A stretch of DNA of 64,000 nucleotides from Anaerolineae bacterium (lineage in GTDB: Bacteria; Chloroflexota; Anaerolineae; J102), in the NCBI GenBank assembly GCA_026991225.1, contig JALXCB010000112.1, positions 1,917 through 65,916 on the forward strand, written 5' to 3'. The translations under genes were made by a program, and so were the position numbers. The notes beneath the pieces are model-generated. The model was not told the DNA's origin and did not search any database. It was given only the letters and a program-made list of their open reading frames with translations. This document shows, in pieces, positions 41,872-50,832 of the stretch (the first letter of the stretch is position 1; each line of letters opens with the position of its first letter).

Positions 41872-43344
41872 TCAGCGGGAGGAAGCGGGACGGATGGATC
41901 GGAGTCGGCGGCGGAAGATGGCCCAGCCTTCCATGAATTCGGGGAAGCGCAGGCCGCGGCAAAGGAGCAGATAGACGCTGGCGCCGATGAGGCCCTGCAA
42001 TAGCAGCAAGGCGGGCGCGGGCAGCGTCAGCCAGTTCAGAGGATAGACCAGCAGGCCTATGACGCCCGCAGCGCCGAGATAGGGTGCGAGATCGCGAAGC
42101 TGTGTAAGAAACGCGTAGCTGATGAGTGATTGATTGTAATGCGCATTCAGATAGTAAGCAATCCCGGCGGTGATGATTTGGCCCCAGATGATGGCTTCGA
42201 TGCCCCAGCGCCAGGAGATGCCCAGGGCAATGACGATGAGGGTCTTCTTGATGATCTCCAGCCGGAAGAAGAGATCGGAGCGGCCGCGGGCCAGCAGCAC
42301 GTTCAGGTTGATGGCGCTGAGGGGATAGAACAATCCCACCACGGCCAGCAATTGCAGGTAGGGGACGGCGGGCAGCCATTTCTCGCCGATGAGGGTGATG
42401 ATCAGGGGCCGGGCCGTGACCATGAGTCCGATCATCAGCGGGAAGTTGACCAGGGCCACCGTGCGCAGGGCCTTGCGCACGCCGTTGCGGATGCGGTCGG
42501 GCTCATCCTGAATTTCGGAAAAGAGGGGAAAGGTGACCCGGCTGAGGACATTGCCCAGGGTTTGGGCGGGAATCTGCTGCAAGGAGTTGGCGCGGGTGTA
42601 GTAGCCCAAATCCGCGGGCAGGAACAGCTTGCCGATGACGATGTTGTAGATATTGCGAAAAATGACGTCGATCACGCCGGAGGCCAACATGCGGGAGCCG
42701 AATCCGAACAGCTCCCGCAGCGCCCCCAGGTCGAAGACGCGGCGAGGCCGCCAGCGGGAAAAGCCCCAGAGCAAGAGGGAATCGAACAGGGTGTTGCTGA
42801 GGCTTTGAAAGACCAGGCTCCAGATGCCCGCGCCCAGCAGGGCCATGCTGATCCCGACCACGCCCGATCCCCCCACCGCCATGAGCCGCACCTTGGCCTG
42901 GGTCTTGAAATCCATGCGTTTGGTGAGCAGGGTGGTCTGGATCAGCCCGAACGCGGCGAAGATGAAGTTGAGGCCCAGCACGCGGGTGGGCGCGATGAGC
43001 GCGGGTTGGGCGTAGAAGCGGGCGATCCAGGGCGCTGCCAGCCCTAGCGCGGCCGCGGCCGCCAGGCTGAGCAGGATGTTGGCGTAGAAGACGGAGCTGT
43101 AATGGGTTTCGGTCGCGTCCTGTTTCTGGATCAAAGCTGCGCCGAAGCCGCTGTTCAGGAACACCTTTCCTAATGCGATGAAGACCATGATCATGCCGAT
43201 GAGCCCGAACTCGGTGGGGGTCAGCAGCCGCGCCAGCACCACGGCGACGATGAACTGCATCCCCTTGGGGCCCAGACGTTCGATCGCGCTCCAGAAAACG
43301 CCGTGGACAGCTTTCTTGCGCAGGGAAGGGGGTTGATCCATCAC
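41872..43344 (-). CDS. wzx: Wzx-type polysaccharide flippase (MOP superfamily)
   Basis: 490 aa with ~12-14 TM helices. N-terminus LRKKAVHGVFWSAIERLGPKGMQFIVAVVLARLLTPTEFG is typical of polysaccharide biosynthesis proteins. Confidence 0.88.
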   Translation of the reverse strand: MMDQPPSLRKKAVHGVFWSAIERLGPKGMQFIVAVVLARLLTPTEFGLIGMIMVFIALGKVFLNSGFGAALIQKQDATETHYSSVFYANILLSLAAAAALGLAAPWIARFYAQPALIAPTRVLGLNFIFAAFGLIQTTLLTKRMDFKTQAKVRLMAVGGSGVVGISMALLGAGIWSLVFQSLSNTLFDSLLLWGFSRWRPRRVFDLGALRELFGFGSRMLASGVIDVIFRNIYNIVIGKLFLPADLGYYTRANSLQQIPAQTLGNVLSRVTFPLFSEIQDEPDRIRNGVRKALRTVALVNFPLMIGLMVTARPLIITLIGEKWLPAVPYLQLLAVVGLFYPLSAINLNVLLARGRSDLFFRLEIIKKTLIVIALGISWRWGIEAIIWGQIITAGIAYYLNAHYNQSLISYAFLTQLRDLAPYLGAAGVIGLLVYPLNWLTLPAPALLLLQGLIGASVYLLLCRGLRFPEFMEGWAIFRRRLRSIRPASSR

Positions 43345-44585
43345 GCATCCAGCAAGGCCCGCAGGCGGCGGGTGAAGTCAGGATATTGCACCTCGGCGTT
43401 CACGCGCTGGCGCCAAAGCTGCCAGGAAGCGTCCCGCATGGCCTGTTTGGCGTCGTCGGGCAGGGCGTGGAAGGCGCGCAGGGTCTCGGCGATGGCCGCG
43501 GGCGGGACGTTCGCGGCCCACAGGTAGCCGTTGCGGCCCGGCTCGACCAGTTCGGGCACGCCGCCCACGGCGGTGGCAGCGATGGGAATGCCGTAGCTCA
43601 TGGCTTCCATCATGCTCACGGGCAGGCCCTCCGAGGCGCTGACGCTGACGAACAGGTCCATCGGGTGTTCCTGGTAGAAGCGCAGGATGTCGCGGTTGGG
43701 CAGGGGGCCGGTGATCCGCCAGTCGATGTGGGCGGGCAGCGACGCGGCCCGGGCCCGCAGTTCCTGCTCCAGCCCGCCGCCGCCGAGATGCGTCCAGTGA
43801 ATGGGAAAGTCGCAGCGGGCCAGGGCGTCCACCAGCAGGTGGAGGCGTTTCACGGGGGCCAAGTAGGCGCAGGAGACGAGATGCAGCCGCCCGTCCCGGG
43901 AGGGCGCGTTGCGCGCGGGCGTGGGCCTGACGCCGTGCCGGGCGACCTCGAATTTGTCTCGATACTGAGGATAGCGTCCTTGCAGATAGCGTTGGATGAA
44001 GGCGGCGACGCCGTACACCCTGTCCAGACGGGCGACAGCCAGGGCCTGGCCGGGCAGATATCCCAAAGACGCCCGCTCGTGATACACATCGCCGCCCTGA
44101 CCTCGGGCCACGGCGACCCGCGTCAGCCCGTGCTCTTTGAGCAGCGCCACGGCCAGCGCGGCCGGCGAAAGCCAGTAACTGTACGCCGCGTCGAAAGGCT
44201 GATCCCGAAACGCGTCGGTCAACAACTGGCTCAGACGCAAGGCCCGCAGCAGAAAGCTGGCCTCACCCCGCCACAACGCGGGGGACGCTCCCAGCGCCTT
44301 GCGCTCCTCCAGGCTCAACCCAGGCAGGGACGCCAGCGCCCGCGGATGGCGGAGCAGCCATGCGCTCAGGGCTTTCCCGCCCACAGGGAAGGCGCGCAGG
44401 ATATCGGTGCGCACTGCGACGCCTGCGGGCGCATCCCGCCGCACGCTCAGGTCCGCGTCGGGAAACCAGGGAACGATGACGACGTCGAAGGCGTCGGCCA
44501 GGTAGTGGATCTCGGTCTCCAGGAATTCTTCGCCGCGGTCGAAGGGAAAGCGGGCGGTGACCAGCAACAGGCGGGGACGAGACAT
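43341..44585 (-). CDS. glycosyltransferase family 4
   Basis: ATG 44585 (MSRPRLLLVTARFPF...). SASEGLPVSMMEAMSYGIPIAATAVGG is a GT4 motif. Confidence 0.85.
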   Translation of the reverse strand: MSRPRLLLVTARFPFDRGEEFLETEIHYLADAFDVVIVPWFPDADLSVRRDAPAGVAVRTDILRAFPVGGKALSAWLLRHPRALASLPGLSLEERKALGASPALWRGEASFLLRALRLSQLLTDAFRDQPFDAAYSYWLSPAALAVALLKEHGLTRVAVARGQGGDVYHERASLGYLPGQALAVARLDRVYGVAAFIQRYLQGRYPQYRDKFEVARHGVRPTPARNAPSRDGRLHLVSCAYLAPVKRLHLLVDALARCDFPIHWTHLGGGGLEQELRARAASLPAHIDWRITGPLPNRDILRFYQEHPMDLFVSVSASEGLPVSMMEAMSYGIPIAATAVGGVPELVEPGRNGYLWAANVPPAAIAETLRAFHALPDDAKQAMRDASWQLWRQRVNAEVQYPDFTRRLRALLDA

Positions 44586-44611
44586 GATGGGTTCGGAGGC
44601 TGTTTTTACAG

Positions 44612-44754
44612 GCAACTACGAATGCAGCCCTTTTGACTCAACACGGATACGAAGAAACACGGATACGATCCTTTTTGAATGACTTCGTGCCTTCGTTTCC
44701 TTCGTGTCTTCGTGGCAAAAAAGGGATATTGGGGCCAACCACCTTAGCAGTTAC
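44612..44754. mobile_element. MITE, type 1 (divergent left end); right terminus supplies the pepF stop codon
   Basis: ...CACGGATACGAAGAAACACGGATA...CTTCGTGTCTTCGTGGCAAAAAAGG...CCTTAGCAGTTAC. The TAA stop of 44751-46469 is the reverse complement of the TTA in the terminal GTTAC. Confidence 0.7.
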
Positions 44755-46469
44755 CTTGATAGATGTTTTTCCAGTTCGCGGCGCACCAGGCCCATCAGCT
44801 CGCCCACGGTCTTGCGGTCGAAGGCGAAGCGGGCGTTGGCGAGCTGGAAGAGTTCGGGCAGGGGGCGGGTGTAGCCCGCGGCCAGGGCCCGGCGATAGTC
44901 CGCCACCGCTCTTTCCTGATCCTCCAGGGCGTTGCGCCACACCTGCAATGCGCCCATCTGGGCCAGGCCGTATTCGATGTAGTAGAAGGGCGAGCCGAAA
45001 ATGTGCCCCTTGCGATGCCAGCCTGTGGCTTTCTCCGCATCCAGGCCCGTGTAATCCACCCCCGGCAGGAAGCGATCCCACAACTCCGACCATTTGGCGT
45101 CGATATCGGCTGCGCGCACGTCCTCGGGCGCTTCGGTGTAGAGCCAGTGCTGCATCTTGTCCACCACGGCCATGTAGGGCAGGAAGGTGACGATGCCCGT
45201 GAGCTGTTCCACCACCGCCCGGCGATAGTCGGCCTCGTCATAAAAGCCGCCCTCTTCCTTGCGCCAATAGGGCATGCTGAGCTGTTCCATGCTCATAGAG
45301 GCCACTTCGGAGAACTCCATGGGCGAATGATAATTCCAGATCAGGCTTTGGTGCTGAAAGGCTTCGAAGAAGTGGAAGGCGTGGCCGCCCTCGTGCATCA
45401 ACGTGCGGAAGTTGCGATGGGTGCCCACCGCGTTCATGAAGATATACGCTTTGCCGCTGATGGGGAAGCTGTTCATGTAGCCGCCCGGCGCTTTGTTGGG
45501 GCGGGAGGCCAGGTCGAGGAAGCCGTCGCGCATGGATTGGAAATAGCGCCCGAAGTCGGGATGCACCCGCGTGAAAACCCGCTGACCCACCTCTTTCAAT
45601 TCGCTGACGTCATCGAAAGGATGCAGGGGCGCGTCGTAGGGGTCCACAGTGGGCAGCCAGGGACTGCCGATGCCCGTCTCCCACGGGCGCAGACGGTCGA
45701 GGCCCACCTGCCGGGCCAGAGTCTCGTACATTTCCGTGGCCAGGGGGACGACTTCCTGCTCGATGGCGTCGTGGAAGACCGCGCAATCCTCGGGCGTGTA
45801 GTCGAAACGCCCCTTGCGCAGCCACTGATAGCTGCGGAAATCGGGATAGCCCGCGTTTTTCGCCAGTTGTCGCCGTTTGGCCAGCAGGTCCATGAAGAGC
45901 TCGTTCAGTTCGTCGCGATGGGCGAGATAAGCGTCCATGCTCTTGCGCCACACCTGCTCCCGCACGTCACGATCCCGGTCGGAAAGATGGGCTTCGGCCT
46001 GGGGAATGGTCAGCTGCTCGCCCTCCCATTCGATGTTGAGCCCGCCCGTGATCTCCTGATACCGCTTGCTCCGCAATTGCAGCTCGGTGATGATGGGAAT
46101 GTTTTCCTCGGTGAAAAGCTCGATCTCGGCCTTGACCCGTCGGTAGACCTGCGCGGTCTCCTGGTCGGGCTTGTAGCCTTCCACCGCAACCCACTTTTCG
46201 TTGAGTTGCTGCTCCGCCACCTGCCACTTGGGGAACACCTCGCCTACAACCTTTTGGAAGCGAGCGTTGGCCTCCTCGTCCGCTGTGTTCTCGGTAATGG
46301 CCCGATAGATCCAGGACATCTCCTCATCCAGGACGCTCTCCAGATCGCTCCATTGCTGGAGCCATTCCCGCACGTTTTTCGGCGTCAGCTCCGCCGCCAG
46401 CAGCGCGTCCACATGCGGCTGGATGCTTTGCCAATCCATGATATCGATTTTGGGGTAGTTGTGCTTCAT
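44751..46469 (-). CDS. pepF: oligoendopeptidase F (M3B metallopeptidase)
   Basis: ATG 46469 (MKHNYPKIDIMDWQSIQPHVDALL). HEGGHAFH zinc motif. The track's longer start (46673) runs through repeat DNA. Confidence 0.9.
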   Translation of the reverse strand: MKHNYPKIDIMDWQSIQPHVDALLAAELTPKNVREWLQQWSDLESVLDEEMSWIYRAITENTADEEANARFQKVVGEVFPKWQVAEQQLNEKWVAVEGYKPDQETAQVYRRVKAEIELFTEENIPIITELQLRSKRYQEITGGLNIEWEGEQLTIPQAEAHLSDRDRDVREQVWRKSMDAYLAHRDELNELFMDLLAKRRQLAKNAGYPDFRSYQWLRKGRFDYTPEDCAVFHDAIEQEVVPLATEMYETLARQVGLDRLRPWETGIGSPWLPTVDPYDAPLHPFDDVSELKEVGQRVFTRVHPDFGRYFQSMRDGFLDLASRPNKAPGGYMNSFPISGKAYIFMNAVGTHRNFRTLMHEGGHAFHFFEAFQHQSLIWNYHSPMEFSEVASMSMEQLSMPYWRKEEGGFYDEADYRRAVVEQLTGIVTFLPYMAVVDKMQHWLYTEAPEDVRAADIDAKWSELWDRFLPGVDYTGLDAEKATGWHRKGHIFGSPFYYIEYGLAQMGALQVWRNALEDQERAVADYRRALAAGYTRPLPELFQLANARFAFDRKTVGELMGLVRRELEKHLSR

Positions 46470-46584
46470 CGAACAAGTCTCTCCGTGGGTGAATTTGGGA
46501 CCTGTGTGACCAAAGTCCTGTGCCATTATACCCGCGAATGATAGAATGGGGATAAAGGCGTCGCGAATGAAGGCTCGTCGATGC

Positions 46585-46711
46585 GAACGAAAATGAGAAC
46601 GCTGATAACGCTGATGCTTCGCAACGCAGATTTTCACAGACTTTTTCTTTTCATCTGCGTTCATCCGTTTCAATCTGCGTCATCTGCGTTCCCTGATCCT
46701 ATTTTCATAGC
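46585..46711. repeat. intergenic 'GCAGATG' word-repeat module (copy 1)
   Basis: GAAAATGAGAACGCTGATAACGCTGATGCTTCGCAACGCAGAT...CATCTGCGTTCATCCGTTTCAATCTGCGTCATCTGCGTTCCCTGATCCTATTTTCATAGC. Matches 50710-50839 and, inverted, 63158-63440. Confidence 0.8.
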
Positions 46712-46723
46712 AGGAGGCAACTC

Positions 46724-48130
46724 ATGAAACTCACATTCTGGGGTGCGGCCCGCACTGTCACCGGCTCCATGCACCTGTTGGAAGTCAACGATACAAAGAT
46801 TTTATTGGATTGCGGGTTGTTTCAAGGCAAGCGCAAGCTCAGCTATGAACGGAATCTAAACTTCCCCTTCGATCCCAAGGATATCGACGTGCTGGTGCTC
46901 TCCCACGCGCACATCGACCACTCGGGCAACATCCCCAATTTGGTGCGCCAAGGGTTCAAAGGGAACATTTACGCCACCCACGCCACCCGCGATCTGTGCG
47001 CAGCCATGCTGGAGGATAGCGCCCGCATCCAGGAGCAGGACATCGGCTTTCTGAACAAGAAGCGGCGGCGCAAGGGGGAACCGCCTCTGGAGCCCCTCTA
47101 TACCGTCCAGGACGCGCTGGCTTCGCTGCCCTACTTCATCGGCGTGCCCTATTGGCGACCTATCCTCATTGCTCCGGGCGTCACCCTGACGTTCCATGAC
47201 GCCGGCCACATCCTGGGCAGCGCCATCGTCGTGCTGGATATCGAGGAGCGGGGCAAGAAGCCCGTGCGCCTGGTCTTCTCGGGCGACCTGGGACGCCGGG
47301 GGCTGGCCATCCTGCGGGACCCCGAGTTCATCGACCGGGCCGACTATCTCATCATGGAAAGCACCTATGGCAGCCGCTACCACGAGACCTTCGACGACGC
47401 CACCCAAAAGCTGCGGGAAATCAGCATCCGCGCCTTTCGGCAGCGCGGGCGCATTCTTGTGCCCTCCTTCGCGGTGGGGCGCACCCAGGAACTGGTCTAT
47501 CGCCTCAATCGCCTGCGCTCCGACCACGACATCCCCGAATTTCCCATCTACGTGGACTCCCCCCTGGCCGTCAACGTGACCGAAGTCTTCCGCCTGCACC
47601 CCGAATGCTACGACAAGGAGATTCGCGATTTCATGGCGGCGAACGACCATCGCAGCCCCTTCGGCTTCCATCTCTTGCGCTATGTGCGCAGCGTGGAAGA
47701 TTCCAAAGCCCTGAATTTCACGCCCGACCCCATCATGGTCATCGCGGCCTCGGGCATGTGCGAGGGCGGGCGCATCCTCCATCACCTCAAGCAGCGCATC
47801 TCCGACCCCAACGCCATCATCCTGTTCGTGGGCTATCAGGCGGAGAACACGCTGGGGCGCAAGATTTTGGATGGCGTGAGTCCGGTGCGCATCTTCGGCG
47901 AACTGCACGAAGTGCGGGCCCAGGTGGAGCGCATCGAGGGGTACAGCGCCCACGCCGATCGGGCTGAGCTGCTGGATTGGGCCAACCACTTCGATCGGAG
48001 CCAGCTCAAGCGCGTGTTCATCGTCCACGGTGAGGAGGAGGGCTACACCGCCCTCAAGTCGGGCCTGGAGCAGATGGGTTTCCGGGAGGTGGTTGTTCCC
48101 GACCGGGGCGATGCGTTCGAGTTGGAATGA
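46724..48130 (+). CDS. MBL-fold beta-CASP ribonuclease (CPSF/RNase J-like)
   Basis: GGAGG upstream. MKLTFWGAARTVTGS, SHAHIDHSGNIP (HxHxDH), and beta-CASP/RMMBL C-terminal motifs (GYSAHAD). Confidence 0.9.
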   Translation: MKLTFWGAARTVTGSMHLLEVNDTKILLDCGLFQGKRKLSYERNLNFPFDPKDIDVLVLSHAHIDHSGNIPNLVRQGFKGNIYATHATRDLCAAMLEDSARIQEQDIGFLNKKRRRKGEPPLEPLYTVQDALASLPYFIGVPYWRPILIAPGVTLTFHDAGHILGSAIVVLDIEERGKKPVRLVFSGDLGRRGLAILRDPEFIDRADYLIMESTYGSRYHETFDDATQKLREISIRAFRQRGRILVPSFAVGRTQELVYRLNRLRSDHDIPEFPIYVDSPLAVNVTEVFRLHPECYDKEIRDFMAANDHRSPFGFHLLRYVRSVEDSKALNFTPDPIMVIAASGMCEGGRILHHLKQRISDPNAIILFVGYQAENTLGRKILDGVSPVRIFGELHEVRAQVERIEGYSAHADRAELLDWANHFDRSQLKRVFIVHGEEEGYTALKSGLEQMGFREVVVPDRGDAFELE

Positions 48131-48230
48131 CCGTGGCGGCGAGACCTCCCGGAGGTAGGGGAAGCTTCGTTGGTTCCTCTCGCTGACAAAGCCATAGCAA
48201 TTTTTGCATATTCTCATCATTTTTGTCCTC

Positions 48231-48800
48231 ACCTCCGGGAGGTCGGGAAAAGCCCGGGCATCGGTCTTCGACCAGGAGACCTCCCGGAGGTGGGAAAGCG
48301 CCTGCTGATCGCTTGCCACCTGGCCATCGTCCCGACGTTTTGGCTGTTGCACAAATCCTCGCATCCACCTCCGGGAGGTCGGGAAAAACCCGGGCATCGG
48401 TCTTCGACCAGGAGACCTCCCGGAGGTGGGAGATCGCCCGCTGATCGCTTGCCCCCTGGCCATCGTCCCGACGTTTTGGCTGTTGCACAAATCCTCGCAT
48501 CCACCTCCGGGAGGTCGGGAAAAACCCGGGCATCGGTCTTCGACCAGGAGACCTCCCGGAGGTGGGAAAGCGCCTGCTGATCGCTTGCCACCTGGCCATC
48601 GTCCCGACGTTTTGGCTGTTGCACAAATCCTCGCACCCACCTCCGGGAGGTCGGGAAAAGCCCGGGCATCGGTCTTCGACCAGGAGACCTCCCGGAGGTG
48701 GGAAAGCGCCCGCTGATCGCTTGCCACCTGGCCATCGTCCCGACGTTTTGGCTGTTGCACAAATCCTCGCATCCACCTCCGGGAGGTCGGGAAAAGCCAC
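48231..48800. repeat. tandem array of 136-bp units (4 full + 1 partial), each containing an inverted REP pair (REPIN-like)
   Basis: Unit starts (ACCTCCGGGAGGT) at 48231, 48367, 48503, 48639 and 48775, an exact 136-bp period. Each unit also holds the complementary ACCTCCCGGAGGT 48 nt downstream. Units differ by only a few bases. Confidence 0.95.
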
Positions 48801-48862
48801 ATTGCTTGCAAAAAAAGGCGCCGTTATAATATGCCTATATCCAGTTCTTCCGGAGGCCATTG

Positions 48863-49453
48863 ATGCCACGCCGCAACGATACGTTTTATCCAGGGGGTAT
48901 CTTTCATATCTTCAACCGGGGAGCGCATCGGATGCGCATTTTTTATGATGAGCAAGATTATCTGCGCCTGCTGCGTTACGTAAAAAAATACGCATCGCGA
49001 TACGAAATCGCCATCCTTGCCTACTCCTTGCTTCCCAACCATTACCACTTTCTCTTTCGCCAGGATGGGGTGACGCCCATTTCCAAATTCATGGGCGTCG
49101 TATTCAACGCTTACACGCAATACTTCAATGTCAGACATGATCACAGCGGCACCCTGTTCGAGGGGCGTTTCAAACACCGTCATGTCACCAACGAACCCTA
49201 CCTCCTCAACCTCATCCGCTACATCCACGCCAACCCGGTGCTGCATGGGCTGGTGGATGATCCGGGCGTGTGGGCGTTCTCCAACTATCTGGAATGGGTG
49301 GGCGAACGCTCGGGCAAGCTGGTGGACCGGGACTTTATCGCCGCGTATTTCGACACGCCCGCGGCCTACCGGGCTTTCGTGCTCGACTATCTGCGCGAGC
49401 GGAAGCTACCCCAGCCTCTGGCCGAGTATTTGCAAATCCTGGGCGGGGAATAA
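48863..49453 (+). CDS. REP-associated tyrosine transposase (RAYT; IS200/IS605 Y1 HUH family)
   Basis: GGAGG 6 nt before ATG 48863. HUH motif LLPNHYHFLF and catalytic Tyr motif LIRYIHANPV. REP palindromes flank the gene on both sides (48144-48800 and 49472-49483). Confidence 0.88.
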   Translation: MPRRNDTFYPGGIFHIFNRGAHRMRIFYDEQDYLRLLRYVKKYASRYEIAILAYSLLPNHYHFLFRQDGVTPISKFMGVVFNAYTQYFNVRHDHSGTLFEGRFKHRHVTNEPYLLNLIRYIHANPVLHGLVDDPGVWAFSNYLEWVGERSGKLVDRDFIAAYFDTPAAYRAFVLDYLRERKLPQPLAEYLQILGGE

Positions 49454-49543
49454 GTCGAAGAACGGCGTCAGACCTCCGGGAGGCCGGCGAGCCGTTTGGG
49501 CCTGAGGCGGTTAGGGGGCGCCTCCCGATGTTCAAAAAGCATC

Positions 49544-50320
49544 CTACAACTTCGACAAAATCACCGGCCCTTTGGGCGTGATGGCGATGGTGTGTTCGAA
49601 CTGGGCGGAGAGGGATCGGTCCTTGGTGATGACCGTCCAGCCATCCTGCAACAGCACCCACTCGGGGCGGCCCAGGTTGATCATGGGCTCGATGGTGAAG
49701 ACCATGCCCGGACGGATTTTGGGCCCGCGCGTGGGCATGCGCACGTGGGAGACCGAAGGCGGTTCGTGCAGCTCCCGCCCGATGCCGTGACCGCCCCATT
49801 CCCGCACCACGCTCATCCCCTGCGCTTCCACGAAATCCTGAATGGCCGCGCCGATATCGTGCAGATACGCGCCCGGCTGCGCGGCTTTGATGCCGACAAA
49901 GAGGGCCTGTTCCGTCACTTGCAGCAGCCGCCGGGCCTCTTCCGAAATCTCGCCCACGGGATAGGTGACGCAGGCGTCGCCGCACCAGCCCCGCAGCCGC
50001 AGGCCGATATCCACGCCGATGATGTCCCCCTCCTCCAGAGTGCGGTCGTTGGGGATGCCATGGCAGATCTCCTCGTTGACCGAGGCGCAGATGGTGCCAG
50101 GGAAGGGAGGGGTGTTGCGGCTGCCGCCCGTATAGCCCTTGTAGAGCACCTTGGCCCCGTGTTTGACAATGAACTCCTCGGCGATGCGGTCGAGATCGCT
50201 GAGCTTCGCTCCCGGCTGCACATACTCGCGCAGCATCTCGAAGGTCTCCGCCACCAGGCGGTTGGCGTCCCGCAGGCGCTGGATATCTTTCTTGGATTTG
50301 ATGGGGATGCGTTGGAACAT
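49544..50320 (-). CDS. map: type I methionine aminopeptidase
   Basis: 258 aa. IKSKKDIQRLRDANRLVAE, metal ligands in DIIGVDIG..RGWCGDA, HGIGRELHE, FTIEP. Confidence 0.93.
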   Translation of the reverse strand: MFQRIPIKSKKDIQRLRDANRLVAETFEMLREYVQPGAKLSDLDRIAEEFIVKHGAKVLYKGYTGGSRNTPPFPGTICASVNEEICHGIPNDRTLEEGDIIGVDIGLRLRGWCGDACVTYPVGEISEEARRLLQVTEQALFVGIKAAQPGAYLHDIGAAIQDFVEAQGMSVVREWGGHGIGRELHEPPSVSHVRMPTRGPKIRPGMVFTIEPMINLGRPEWVLLQDGWTVITKDRSLSAQFEHTIAITPKGPVILSKL

Positions 50321-50541
50321 GGGTTTTGGATGGGTTTGAATCGTGAGTGAGGAAGTGATTGGATGTCAATCTGGCGCGGAAAGCCGATTTCGTAAAACGT
50401 CAAACGTCATGCGTCATGTTTTGACGTTTTACGCTTGACGTTTGACTCCCGTTGCAGACTCGCCCAACATTGACTTCGAGGCGCCTTTGCAAACGGAATG
50501 AACACTATTTTCGAAACAGTCCGACGGCGGGCACGCCCGCG

Positions 50542-50660
50542 GCCGATACGAACGAAAATGGCGGGCGACGTAGCCCTGTAAACCGGTAAACCAGGAACCC
50601 AGGGAAACCGGGCCGATTCACACCGCCCGGTCTACTGGTCTACCGGTTTCCCGGTCTACC
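50542..50660. repeat. 'CCGGTAAACC/GGTCTACC' repeat module; ~90% identical inverted partner at 54312-54413
   Basis: The reverse complement of 54312-54413 aligns base-for-base with 50542-50645 apart from ~10 mismatches. The pair brackets selB and the coiled-coil gene. Confidence 0.8.
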
Positions 50661-50832
50661 AACTCTATTTTCAAAGCAGTCCAATGGCGGGCAAGCCCGC
50701 GCCGATACCGACGAAAATGAGAACGCTGATAACGCGGATGCTTCGCAACGCAGATCTACGCAGATCATTTTTTGATTTTTATCTGCGTTCATCTGCTGCA
50801 ATCTGCGTCATCTGCGTTCCCTAATCTTATTT

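Noticed and set aside
46470-46673. Longer start for pepF (track ORF begins at 46673).
   Set aside because: The extra 68 codons run through the 'GCAGATG' intergenic repeat module. M3B homology starts at MKHNYPKIDIMDW.
48231-48800. Possible CRISPR array, and the several 70-270-aa ORFs predicted on both strands across it (e.g. 48054-48869, 48229-48762, 48426-48716).
   Set aside because: The whole 136-bp unit repeats almost identically, so there are no unique spacers. The periodic ORFs are translations of the repeat itself. The array is interpreted as a REP/REPIN array next to a RAYT gene.
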